Source: Candidatus Zixiibacteriota bacterium | GTDB taxonomy: Bacteria > RBG-13-66-14 > B26-G2 > WVWN01 | Assembly (NCBI GenBank): GCA_050117845.1 | Contig: JASFLY010000022.1 | Span: 1-48,287 of the forward strand | Direction: 5' to 3' | DNA: 48,287 nucleotides | Part shown: positions 26,452 through 35,646 of the stretch, piece after piece | Layout: each line of letters begins with the position of its first letter | How positions within the stretch are numbered: the stretch's first letter is position 1 | Made by a program: the position numbers and the translations under genes | Notes under the pieces: generated by a model | What the model saw: only the letters and a program-made list of their open reading frames with translations | Databases searched by the model: none | Told to the model about the DNA's origin: nothing

Positions 26452-26539
26452 AGGTTAAACATGGGGGGACGGCAAGGAGGCGGGGTTTCTCGGCGTCTCG
26501 GCCCCTCCGAGGCGCGGCCGGAGTTTGACGGCCGGGATT

Positions 26540-27265
26540 ATGGATAAAGCTCGCACGCCCCAAGAGTGGCTCGATTTCCTGCCCGGGAGGTTGGAACAAA
26601 CCCTCCTCGGGTACGACGTATCGCGGGAACAAATCGCGTCGTTGTGCGAGGTGGCCGTCCGCGAGGGTTTCTTCGGCGTCGTAGTCAATCCTACCAACGT
26701 CCGGTTCGCCGCGGAGCGTCTGGCCGGAACTAACGTAAAAACGATCACGGTCGTCGGCTTCCCGATGGGTTCGAATACCAAGGCCGTCAAGGTCTACGAG
26801 GCCCGCGACGCGGTCGCCCGCGGGGCCGACGAGATAGACATGGTCATGAACGTCTCCGCGCTTTGCCACGGGTACGACGACTTCGTCGAGGGCGAGATTC
26901 GCGGCGTCGTGACGGCGGCAGACGGGCGGGCCGTGAAGGTGATAATCGAGTGCGGCGCTCTCACGGCTGAGGAGAAGGCCGCCGCGGCCGAAATAATCGT
27001 TCGGGCCGGCGCGCAGTTCGTCAAGACCTCCACCGGCTACGGCCCGGGCGGCGCCACCGAGGGCGACATCAGACTTCTGCGCCGAGCCGTGGGCGACGCC
27101 CTCGGTATCAAAGCGTCGGGCGGCATCCGTTCGTACGAGCGGGCCGTCAACCTTGTAGAAGCGGGCGCGGACCGCATCGGAACGTCGAGCGGCGTCGTCA
27201 TCATGGAAGGGTTGCGCTACGCCGTTAAGGCCGGGCGCTTGGGCGACGCCGTCGTGACGAGGTGA
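26540..27265 (+). CDS. deoC: Deoxyribose-phosphate aldolase
   Basis: VGFPMG, GADEIDMV, KVIIE, FVKTSTG, IKASGGIR, RIGTS. Start ATG 26540. Confidence 0.96.
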   Translation: MDKARTPQEWLDFLPGRLEQTLLGYDVSREQIASLCEVAVREGFFGVVVNPTNVRFAAERLAGTNVKTITVVGFPMGSNTKAVKVYEARDAVARGADEIDMVMNVSALCHGYDDFVEGEIRGVVTAADGRAVKVIIECGALTAEEKAAAAEIIVRAGAQFVKTSTGYGPGGATEGDIRLLRRAVGDALGIKASGGIRSYERAVNLVEAGADRIGTSSGVVIMEGLRYAVKAGRLGDAVVTR

Positions 27266-28290
27266 GCCTACGTGGGGATACCGGCGTGATCCGTTGCCCG
27301 GTTTGCGCTTCCCCCAAATTTAAGCCTTTGCTTTCAGGCCGAGACTGGGAGTTCGGCAGTCCCGGCCTGTTTTACGTGTTGCGATGCCTGTCTTGTGGGA
27401 CGTGTTGGACCCGGCCGTCGATGTCGCCGGAAGAACTCGCGGCCCGGTATCCTACCGACGATTACTACGCGTATCGCGGCGCCCCGGCGGGAGGAACCGG
27501 CCTCGGCGATACGCTGATAAGGCTCAATCGGGGTTACGCGGCCGTGCGGCCCGCCGGGCCGATACTCCGCGCGCTGGCGCGGGCCTTCCGCCCCTGGCTC
27601 GACCGCCGATACTACGGCGTCCCGCGCTACGTCCCGGCCGGGAGGCTGTTGGACGTGGGGGCCGGGGCCGGCGATTTCCTGACGCTGGCCCGCCGGCTCG
27701 GTTGGGAGGGCGCGGGGCTCGAGGCCGACGCGGGGGCGGCGGCGCGGGCGCGCGAGGCCGGCCTGAACGTTATAACCGGCGACGCCGACGAGGTCCTAGG
27801 CCGGGGGAACCTGGGCGAGCCGTTCGACCTGGTACGTTTCCACCATTCGCTGGAGCACCTGGGCGACCCGGCGGGCGCCTTGCGGGCGGCCGCTGTATTA
27901 ACCCGGCCCGGCGGGAAGCTACTCGTGGCGGTGCCGAATTGCACAGGCGCAGCGGCGCGTCTATTCGGCCGGTACTGGTACCATTGGTCGCTGCCGTTCC
28001 ACCGTTTTCATTTCGACGCCCGGACGCTGGGGGAAGCGCTGAGGGCGGCCGGGTGGGTGCCGACTCGATATTATTGCGTATCGTACCCTCCCGCCCTGGC
28101 GTGGACTTTCCTGCGTTGGTTGCGGCACGGTATGGCGTGGCGCTTCGCCCCGTGTGAAAAAGCCGGGCGGCTCTTGGGGAAGGTGCTGCGGCCTGTAATG
28201 TTTTTATTCGATTTTATGAAGGCCGGGGATAACCTGGTCGTCGAAGCGACGCTGAAAGACAATACGGGTGACCGGGCCCGTCGCTTATGA
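27262..28290 (+). CDS. Class I SAM-dependent methyltransferase with N-terminal CxxC...CxxC zinc ribbon
   Basis: CPVC, CLSC, LLDVGAGAG, HSLEHL, PGGKL, VPN. Confidence 0.88.
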   Translation: MSLRGDTGVIRCPVCASPKFKPLLSGRDWEFGSPGLFYVLRCLSCGTCWTRPSMSPEELAARYPTDDYYAYRGAPAGGTGLGDTLIRLNRGYAAVRPAGPILRALARAFRPWLDRRYYGVPRYVPAGRLLDVGAGAGDFLTLARRLGWEGAGLEADAGAAARAREAGLNVITGDADEVLGRGNLGEPFDLVRFHHSLEHLGDPAGALRAAAVLTRPGGKLLVAVPNCTGAAARLFGRYWYHWSLPFHRFHFDARTLGEALRAAGWVPTRYYCVSYPPALAWTFLRWLRHGMAWRFAPCEKAGRLLGKVLRPVMFLFDFMKAGDNLVVEATLKDNTGDRARRL

Positions 28291-30296
28291 AGAGAAGACG
28301 ATTCATAAAGATAACTGGTGCCGCGGCCGGGCTGGCGGCCGCTGGCGGGGCGGGATCGCTGTTGGCGTCGTGCGGCCGGGGACCGGCCGAAAGGAGGCCG
28401 GCGGCTCGGCGTGTTATAGTCCTGGGCGTCGGCGGCCTGGACGCCACTACGCTGGAGCGTCTTATGGCCGAGGGGAAAATGCCCAACCTGGCTGCCATGG
28501 CCCGGCGGGGTACCTTCGCGCCTCTCCGCACGACGACGCCGGCCGAAGGGGAAGTGGCCTGGGCCGCGTTCGCGAGCGGAAAATCGCCCGGCGCGAACGG
28601 CATATTCGGCCACTACGGCCGGGACGCCGAGAGCTACCGCCCATTTGTCGCGGACGTCGATTACGAACCGGGACGTTACCTGGGGAGCCGCCTGTTGTTG
28701 CGGCCCCATTACAAGCCTTACCTCGCCGGGGAACCTTTCTGGCGTCAAGCGGCCGCCGCGGGTATAACGACCGCCGCCATGTGGGCCCCGGCCGACTTCT
28801 CTCCGGAGGAGGTCGACGGTGGCCTTTTCCTGGCCGGCGGGAACGTCCCCGACGCGGACCTCGGCTCGTACCGATATCACTTCCTCGCCTCCGATGCCTC
28901 CCTGCCCGAGGGTGACAAGGCAGGCGGTGGAACGTGGCGCCGCATCGAGATGCGCGACGGCCGCGGCCACGTCACTTTCGAGGCGCCGTCCTGGCTCGGG
29001 GCCAAGTCCTTCGACGTCGAGTTCGAACCGCGGGGTGCCATCGACCTGTTAATAACGGTCGCCGGCCAAACGCAGGCGGTTTCCAAGTCGGCGTTCAGTA
29101 ATTATTTTACGTTGCCGGTGGGCGGGGGTTTGTCGGGCCGGGGGCGTTTACTGGCGCGCTTTTTCGTAGCGCTCGTCGCGCCCGAGGTCCGCGTGTGGCT
29201 TCTTCCGCTCGAGGTTGACCCTCGGGCGCCGCTGTTCGACATCGCCGCGCCCGATTCATTCGGCGATAATCTGGCCTTCGAGGAGCCCTTTAGCACCCGC
29301 GGCCGACCTCTCGACATTGGCGCTTTGCACGACGGCGCCGCCCGCCCCGGCTCTCTGGCCGGGCAGTTCGCCGCTCAGACAGAAGAGAAACGCCGGCTGG
29401 GCCGCCTGGTTTGGAGGGAACACGCGCCCGACCTCTTCCTCCAGTTCGATTACGGCCTCGGCGAAGTGTCCCGGATATTCTGGCGCTTCTTCGACCCGGG
29501 CCACCCGGCGTACAGCGAGGAGCGGTTTTACTCGTACGGCGACGCCTTCGAGGGCGCGTACCGATACCTGGACGATACCGTGGGGAAATACCTTAGCGAA
29601 CCGGGTGCCAAGGACGCCGCGGTCTTCGTCGTTTCCGCCTACGGCTGTCGGCCCTTCCGCCGTAGTTTCGACCTCAACCGGTGGCTGCTCGAGAACGGAT
29701 ATTTGAAGTTGCCGCCGGGCGCCCGGACCATGGGCGTCGATACGCCCGCGCCGGACGCCGCGCTTCGCCGGGGCAAGTATCGTCCCGCCATCGCCTGGGA
29801 CGAAACCCGGGCACACGCGCAGGGCTACGGCCAGATATATCTGAACCTCCGAGGCCGGGACGGCCGCGGCGTCGTCGCCCCCGGCGAGGTGGCGGCCCTC
29901 AAAGCCGAAATAACGAAGAAACTGCTCGCGGTGCGGGATGGCGGCCTGAGGCCGGTCGTGGCGGTGGACGACGGCGGGACGCTTTTCGACGGGCCGCGGG
30001 GCCATATTGCGCCCGATCTCGTCGTCTCTTTGGCCGACGGTTACCGCGTATCCGCCGAATCGGTCCTCGGCGGCCTGGCTCCCCGAACCTTCGCGGACAA
30101 CCTGGGCGTCGTCTCCGGCGACCACGCGTCGGTGGAGGCCGGGGCCGTGCCGGGGTTGGTCTTGTCGAATTTACAATTGGAAAGCGAAGGGGCCGGCGTG
30201 GAGGACATCGGGCCGACCGTTTTGAACGTCCTGGGTTTGGACGCGTCGGCCGGCTTGGACGGTCGGACGCTCGGGTGGGCTCCCGGTGAGGATTAG
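28287..30296 (+). CDS. Tat-exported lipoprotein, alkaline phosphatase superfamily (phosphodiesterase/NPP-like), catalytic motifs degenerate
   Basis: MKRRRFIK twin-Arg, LASC lipobox; family scaffold (MPNL, LNRWLLENGYL, IYLNLRGR, PDL, SGDH, DIGPTVL) present but metal ligands altered. Confidence 0.82.
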   Translation: MKRRRFIKITGAAAGLAAAGGAGSLLASCGRGPAERRPAARRVIVLGVGGLDATTLERLMAEGKMPNLAAMARRGTFAPLRTTTPAEGEVAWAAFASGKSPGANGIFGHYGRDAESYRPFVADVDYEPGRYLGSRLLLRPHYKPYLAGEPFWRQAAAAGITTAAMWAPADFSPEEVDGGLFLAGGNVPDADLGSYRYHFLASDASLPEGDKAGGGTWRRIEMRDGRGHVTFEAPSWLGAKSFDVEFEPRGAIDLLITVAGQTQAVSKSAFSNYFTLPVGGGLSGRGRLLARFFVALVAPEVRVWLLPLEVDPRAPLFDIAAPDSFGDNLAFEEPFSTRGRPLDIGALHDGAARPGSLAGQFAAQTEEKRRLGRLVWREHAPDLFLQFDYGLGEVSRIFWRFFDPGHPAYSEERFYSYGDAFEGAYRYLDDTVGKYLSEPGAKDAAVFVVSAYGCRPFRRSFDLNRWLLENGYLKLPPGARTMGVDTPAPDAALRRGKYRPAIAWDETRAHAQGYGQIYLNLRGRDGRGVVAPGEVAALKAEITKKLLAVRDGGLRPVVAVDDGGTLFDGPRGHIAPDLVVSLADGYRVSAESVLGGLAPRTFADNLGVVSGDHASVEAGAVPGLVLSNLQLESEGAGVEDIGPTVLNVLGLDASAGLDGRTLGWAPGED

Positions 30297-30300
30297 AAAA

Positions 30301-31029
30301 TTAAAGGGTGTCTTGCCGGCGGGAAAGAAGGCACTCGGCCCGGGCCAGGTCCGAGGGGTACGTTATCTTGAAGTTGTCGGCTTCGCCCTCGACCGTTACG
30401 ACCCGGCCGCCGGCTTTTTCCATGACCGCCGCGTCGTCGGTTACTTCCCACTTCTCGCCGACCGCCTTTTTATAGGCTTCCGTAATGCGGGCCAGCGGAA
30501 AGGCCTGCGGCGTCTGTACGGCCCGTAGCTCGTCCCGGGCCAACGTCGTAACGATTTCGTCGCCGGGTGCGGCGACTTTTTTTATGGTGTCGGTAGGCGG
30601 GAGGGCCGGGACCGCGCCGTCCGCGACGTCGAGCGCGCCCAAGAGACGCCGGACGAGTGGGCAGTCGGCGAAGGGTCGGGCGGCGTCGTGGATTAGTACC
30701 GCGGCGTCGCACGGGACGAAAAACGCCGCGGTGAGGAGGCCGATGGCGGCGGAGTCACGCCGCTCCTTACCTCCGGCGACGACACCCTTGAACTTCTCGC
30801 ACCCCATATCCTCGGCCAGGGTTCGGACGTTTCCCTCCTTACCCGGGGGCGACACTACGACGACCGCGGTCACCGCCGGGCATTCCTCGAACAGCGTCAG
30901 GCTGTAGGATATCAAAGGGCGCCCGGCGAGGGGCGCGAATATTTTATCGGTACCGTTCATTCGGCGGGACGACCCGGCCCCCAGGATGACGGCCGCGGCT
31001 ACTTTATCACAATGCCCGTTTCCGCTCAC
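30301..31029 (-). CDS. ispD: 2-C-methyl-D-erythritol 4-phosphate cytidylyltransferase
   Basis: GAGSSRRM, GGKERRDS, LIHDAARP, DTIK, QTPQAF, TDD, NFKITYPSD. Confidence 0.95.
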   Translation of the reverse strand: MSGNGHCDKVAAAVILGAGSSRRMNGTDKIFAPLAGRPLISYSLTLFEECPAVTAVVVVSPPGKEGNVRTLAEDMGCEKFKGVVAGGKERRDSAAIGLLTAAFFVPCDAAVLIHDAARPFADCPLVRRLLGALDVADGAVPALPPTDTIKKVAAPGDEIVTTLARDELRAVQTPQAFPLARITEAYKKAVGEKWEVTDDAAVMEKAGGRVVTVEGEADNFKITYPSDLARAECLLSRRQDTL

Positions 31030-32036
31030 GATTGGCTGGACCCTCCGCTTACGTAGTCCTCGTTGCCGGGGATTTTCCCGAAGATCATGCGGCCGGCCGC
31101 GGTTTGAAGTACGCTGGTGACCAGGACGTCCAGCGCTTCGCCGATGTGGGCCCGGCCGTCTTCCACCACGACCATCGTTCCGTCGTCGAGGTACCCGACG
31201 CCCTGGCCGGCCTCCTTGCCCTCCTTGACCACCTGGACGGGAAGCATCTCGCCCGGGAGGACGACGGCCTTCAGCGCGTTGGCCAGGTTGTTGAGGTTGA
31301 GAATCTTTACGCCCTGCAGTTCGGCCACCTGGTTGAGGTTGTAATCGTTCGTGACGAGGAAGGCGTCGAGTTCCTTGGAGAGTTGGAGGAGTTTCTCGTC
31401 GACGGTACTGATCTCCGGGTAATCCTTCTCGACGATTTCTACCCGGGCCAGCGCGGACTTTTGGATTTTATTTAATATCTCGAGGCCCCGGCGGCCGCGG
31501 TTTCGTTTGAGAGGGTTGGAGGAGTCGGCTATAAGCTGCAATTCTTTCAATACGAATCGAGGGATAATTACCGCTCCCGGCAGGAAGCCGGCTTCGATGA
31601 CGTCGGCGATGCGGCCGTCTATGATGACGCTGGAGTCGAGGACGTTGAGGTTGGCCCCGCCCCCCGGCCGGGGCCCCATGGCCGCGAAGAACGGCAGATC
31701 CCGCAGTTTGGCCGCGCCGAGCATAGTGCCCGTGTAACCGCAAATAAGGACTATCAGCACGTAGAGGTATTCGGGGGCTTCGACCGTTTTGGACAAAGCG
31801 TACGCGAAGAGGTTGCCGCCGATGAGGCCCGCGATAAGGCCCACCGTCGCGGCGATGAGCGTTTGCGCCGAGTAGCGTTCCAGCAATATTTCGACGAGGA
31901 CTATTATGCAACCGACGGCGAAACCGAATATGACGCCCCACAACGGCGCCGTCTCCGCTTTCGAGATGAACGGCGCGAAGTAATACCCGACGATGGACGT
32001 CGCGGCGATTAAGAGGAATCGAAATACGTGTAACAT
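31026..32036 (-). CDS. Membrane PIN/TRAM domain protein (YacL-like)
   Basis: LDSSVIIDGRI, RGRRGLEIL, TNDYNL, GKEAGQGVGYLDDGTMVVVE, SVLQTAAGRMIF. Confidence 0.95.
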   Translation of the reverse strand: MLHVFRFLLIAATSIVGYYFAPFISKAETAPLWGVIFGFAVGCIIVLVEILLERYSAQTLIAATVGLIAGLIGGNLFAYALSKTVEAPEYLYVLIVLICGYTGTMLGAAKLRDLPFFAAMGPRPGGGANLNVLDSSVIIDGRIADVIEAGFLPGAVIIPRFVLKELQLIADSSNPLKRNRGRRGLEILNKIQKSALARVEIVEKDYPEISTVDEKLLQLSKELDAFLVTNDYNLNQVAELQGVKILNLNNLANALKAVVLPGEMLPVQVVKEGKEAGQGVGYLDDGTMVVVEDGRAHIGEALDVLVTSVLQTAAGRMIFGKIPGNEDYVSGGSSQS

Positions 32037-32038
32037 TA

Positions 32039-32674
32039 TTAAACTCGATCGGACGGGAAAATCTCTTCGGCCAGGCGTCTGGCCAGCGCCACGTCGAAGC
32101 CGCGCCGCCCCAGAAAAGAGATAACGGTTCTCCGTCCCTTATCGTCGCCCCGTTCCCGCGTGGCTGCGAGGCGCGGCTCGAGCGCCCGCCGGGCGAGTTC
32201 CTCCTCCGTTTCGATTACGTTTTCGGCGAGCGACTCTTCAATCAATTCCGCCGGGACTCTTTTTGCGACCAGTTCGGCGCGCAGGGCCCGGCGGCCTTTC
32301 GGCTTCAGGCGTACCCGGTCGCGAATCCACGCCCCGGCGAATTCGGCGTCGTCCACGTATCTTAACTCGACCAGCCGTCTCACGACGGAGTCGATGATCG
32401 TTCCATCGTAACCGTAGCGGCCGAGACGCTCGCGGACCTCAAATTCGCTGCGCCGGCGGCTCCGTAGATAGGCAAGGGCGCGGTGGTAAGCCCGGTCGGC
32501 CTCGCTCGCTGCGCCCAACCTTTCGACGTCGCCGTCGCCGAGCTCCTGGCCCACGCTCAGGCCCAGGTCCTTCACGGCCGCCGCGCCCAGGCCCACGGCG
32601 AATTCCCCGTCGACGAAAACCGATATCCGATCGGCGCGGCGCTTTTGTGTCTCTAGGGCCGTTATCCGAGGCAC
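32039..32674 (-). CDS. recX: Regulatory protein RecX
   Basis: ALAYL..R.RSEFE, YVDDAEFA, G...LRAEL..K, FLGRRGF; directly downstream of recA. Confidence 0.93.
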   Translation of the reverse strand: MPRITALETQKRRADRISVFVDGEFAVGLGAAAVKDLGLSVGQELGDGDVERLGAASEADRAYHRALAYLRSRRRSEFEVRERLGRYGYDGTIIDSVVRRLVELRYVDDAEFAGAWIRDRVRLKPKGRRALRAELVAKRVPAELIEESLAENVIETEEELARRALEPRLAATRERGDDKGRRTVISFLGRRGFDVALARRLAEEIFPSDRV

Positions 32675-32680
32675 GCCGCT

Positions 32681-33748
32681 TTACGCGTCCGCTTTATCTT
32701 CCTGCGGCTCGGCGTCGGGGCCGTCGGCTGCGGGCGATGCCTTCCCGCCCAGGAGCCCCAGTTCGGTCCGCACGGCCGTTTCTATTTGTCGGGCGACTTC
32801 CGGGTTTTCGGTCATGAATTTTACGGCGTTGACTCGCCCCTGGCCCAGCCTTTCCTCGCCGTACGAGAACCAGGTCCCGGCCTTGTCCACTATTTTGCGC
32901 GCGACGCCCAGGTCCAGCAGGTCGCCGAGGGCCGAGATGCCCTGGCCGTAAACGATATCGAATTCGGCCTGGCGGAACGGCGGCGCCACCTTATTCTTTA
33001 CGACTTTTACCCGCACCCGGTTGCCGACGGCGTTCTCTCCCTCTTTGATCGTCGCGATGCGGCGGATGTCCAGCCGGACCGACGCGTAGAACTTCAGCGC
33101 GTTCCCACCCGAGGTCGTTTCCGGGTTGCCGAACATTACGCCTATTTTCATGCGGATTTGATTTATGAAGACGACTATGGACTTGGTTTTGGAGATGATG
33201 CCGGTCAGCTTGCGGAGGGCCTGAGACATCAGGCGAGCTTGAAGGCCGACGTGGGCGTCCCCCATCTCCCCTTCGAGTTCGGCGCGCGGGACGAGCGCGG
33301 CCACAGAGTCGATGACGACCACGTCCATGGCGTTCGAGCGTACGAGCTGTTCCACGATGTCGAGGGCCTGTTCGCCGGAGTCGGGCTGGGATACCCATAG
33401 TTCGTCGACGTCCACGCCGAGGGTGCGGGCGTACTCCAGCGGGAAAGCGTACTCGAGGTCGACGAGCGCGGCGTTGCCTCCCAGGCGTTGCGTTTCGGCG
33501 ATGAGGTGCAGGGCTAGAGTCGTTTTGCCGGACGATTCGGGGCCGTAAATCTCGACGATGCGGCCACGGGGGACCCCGCCGACGCCGAGTGCCGCGTCTA
33601 AACTCAGGCACCCCGTGGGTATTACTTCGACTTGCGCCCGCGATTGCTCGTCGCCCACGCGCATCAGGACCGTTTCGCCGTACTTCTTTTTGATGCCGTC
33701 TATGGCTTGCTTAAGCGATGAGCCGCGATCCTCACCCGTTTTTGCCAT
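32681..33748 (-). CDS. recA: Recombinase RecA
   Basis: [47 protein letters not shown]. Confidence 0.99.
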   Translation of the reverse strand: MAKTGEDRGSSLKQAIDGIKKKYGETVLMRVGDEQSRAQVEVIPTGCLSLDAALGVGGVPRGRIVEIYGPESSGKTTLALHLIAETQRLGGNAALVDLEYAFPLEYARTLGVDVDELWVSQPDSGEQALDIVEQLVRSNAMDVVVIDSVAALVPRAELEGEMGDAHVGLQARLMSQALRKLTGIISKTKSIVVFINQIRMKIGVMFGNPETTSGGNALKFYASVRLDIRRIATIKEGENAVGNRVRVKVVKNKVAPPFRQAEFDIVYGQGISALGDLLDLGVARKIVDKAGTWFSYGEERLGQGRVNAVKFMTENPEVARQIETAVRTELGLLGGKASPAADGPDAEPQEDKADA

Positions 33749-33771
33749 TATTACTCCCGTACGTTATTTTA

Positions 33772-33817
33772 GAATTAGTTTATTATCTATACTAACATAA
33801 AACGTCGTCTTCGTTAA
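33772..33817 (-). promoter_or_regulatory. Internal recA promoter with overlapping imperfect palindrome
   Basis: TTAACG-N17-TAGTAT with TG extension; TTAGT-N11-ACTAA inverted repeat at 33775-33795. Confidence 0.55.
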
Positions 33818-33822
33818 ACGCT

Positions 33823-34383
33823 TTAATCGCCGCCAAGCGGAAAGCTCGCCACCTCTTCGTATATCGCCCCGTCCGGCGTTAGCGTCGACTTCATCAGCGC
33901 CAGCGCTTCGGCCCGGCCGGCCGCCGCGGCGAAGTTTTTAAGTTGTTTGGTTTTAACGGTTATGGTGTCCCGGCCTTCCCGGTTGTCACGGGTCCGGCCT
34001 ATGGTGAGGTGCGGTTTGAAGGGGCGTTTCTCTTTTTTAAAGCCGAGCGGTGCCACGGCTTCATCCACGGCCGCGGCGAGTTCCACCGCCGCTTCGGCCC
34101 CGGCCTCGACGCCTATCCATATGACCGCCGGCGTGCGAGGATTCGGAAAACAGCCGCTTCCGGCGAGTGATATGTCGAACGGCTTCGTACCGACGGCCAC
34201 GCCGCCTAGGGCCGTTTTCAAGTCCGGAGTGAGGTCTTCGTCGACCTCCCCCAAAAACTTCAACGTCAAGTGGACGTTCTCCGCCGGGACCCATCTTACG
34301 CCGCTCCGTTTGCCCCGTTCGCACACGGCGGCCAGGGCTCCCCGATGGTCCTCCGGCAACTCGAGCGTTACGAATAACCTCAC
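33823..34383 (-). CDS. thpR: RNA 2',3'-cyclic phosphodiesterase (2H family)
   Basis: HLTL and HLTI 2H motifs. Start refined to GTG 34383 (GTGA overlap with cinA stop, GGAGG SD). Confidence 0.93.
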   Translation of the reverse strand: MRLFVTLELPEDHRGALAAVCERGKRSGVRWVPAENVHLTLKFLGEVDEDLTPDLKTALGGVAVGTKPFDISLAGSGCFPNPRTPAVIWIGVEAGAEAAVELAAAVDEAVAPLGFKKEKRPFKPHLTIGRTRDNREGRDTITVKTKQLKNFAAAAGRAEALALMKSTLTPDGAIYEEVASFPLGGD

Positions 34384-35630
34384 GACGGACCTCCTTGTTC
34401 GCCGAGGTACAACCTCAGCAGGTCGAGCGCGTGCTGTGACGCCCGCACGCGCACCCAATCGCGTCCCCCACCAAAAGTCTTCTTGTCGCTACGCGTAACT
34501 CCTTCGGCCGCCAGGCCGAAGCAGGTCGTCCCCACCGGTTTCTCGCGCGTCCCCCCCGAGGGCCCCGCGACGCCCGTCACCGCCACCGCGTAGGTCGCGC
34601 CGAAGCGCTCGCGCGCCCCCTCGGCCATCTCCAGCGCCGTTTTCTCGCTCACCGCGCCGAACTCGACGAGCGTCGCCTCCCGGACGCCCAACAGGCTTTG
34701 CTTGGCCTCGTTCGAGTAGCAGACGACGCCGCCCGCGAACCACGTCGACGCGCCCGATACGTCGGTGACTCTCTTGGCTACGAGGCCGCCGGTGCAGGAT
34801 TCGGCCAGCGCCAGCGTGGCGCCGCGGGCCGCGAGCGCCTCTCCCACCACGCGCTCGAGCGGTACCCGGTCTTCGCCGAAGACGTACGACCCGAGGGCTT
34901 TCCGTATGGCCGCGGCCGCAGGTTCCGACCAATCCCGGAACGTCGCCTCGTCCGGCGCCGGCCCCCAGAACCGGAGGTCCAGCTGTTCGGTCTGCGGCAG
35001 GTAGGCCAGGTGGATCCCGGGCGGGACCTCTATGCCCGCCAGCTTCTCAGCCGCCGCTGACTCCGGCAAACCCGTCACGTGGATGTGCCTCTCGAAGACG
35101 CGTTCGCCGACGTAGCCCTGTTTCTCTAGATAGGGCACGAAGCCGTGCTCGAATATGTATTCCATCTCCGCCGGGACGCCGGGCAAGAGGCACGCCACGA
35201 AGCCGCCGTCCTCGATGATTATGCCCGGGGCCGTGCCGAGGGCGTTGGCGAGGACCCGCGAACCCGCCGGGACCCGCGCTTGGCCCACGTTGACTGCGGG
35301 CATCTTGAGGCCCCGCCGCGCGAAGCGCCGTTCGATTTCCCGAAGCGTCGGCTGATGCAGAACGAAGTCGAGGCCGAGGTGCCCCGCGATGGCGGCCAAC
35401 GTACGGTCGTCGTCGGTGGGGCCGAGGCCGCCGGTGGTGACGACGAGCGGCGCCGCCGCCCGGGCCTCGTCCAGCGCGGCCGTGATGTCGGCGTCGACGT
35501 CGCCCACGACCACCTGCCGCCGGACCCCTATGCCCAGGCCGGCGAAGCGGCGGGATAGGAACGCCGCGTTATTGTTTACCGTTTTACCCAGAAGCAGTTC
35601 GTCGCCGATGGCGATTATAGTAGCGTCCAT
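34380..35630 (-). CDS. cinA: Competence/damage-inducible protein CinA (MoCF-like domain plus NMN deamidase PncC)
   Basis: IGDELLLG, GGLGPTDDD, GTAPG, LPGVP, AESCTGG, GAVS, TGVAGP. Confidence 0.96.
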   Translation of the reverse strand: MDATIIAIGDELLLGKTVNNNAAFLSRRFAGLGIGVRRQVVVGDVDADITAALDEARAAAPLVVTTGGLGPTDDDRTLAAIAGHLGLDFVLHQPTLREIERRFARRGLKMPAVNVGQARVPAGSRVLANALGTAPGIIIEDGGFVACLLPGVPAEMEYIFEHGFVPYLEKQGYVGERVFERHIHVTGLPESAAAEKLAGIEVPPGIHLAYLPQTEQLDLRFWGPAPDEATFRDWSEPAAAAIRKALGSYVFGEDRVPLERVVGEALAARGATLALAESCTGGLVAKRVTDVSGASTWFAGGVVCYSNEAKQSLLGVREATLVEFGAVSEKTALEMAEGARERFGATYAVAVTGVAGPSGGTREKPVGTTCFGLAAEGVTRSDKKTFGGGRDWVRVRASQHALDLLRLYLGEQGGPS

Positions 35631-35646
35631 GCACTCACCCTGTTTT

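Noticed and set aside
26452..26539. Hairpins in the deoC leader, one resembling the 4214-4236 palindrome
   Set aside because: Short GC palindromes are expected by chance at this GC content; no riboswitch consensus or U-tract.
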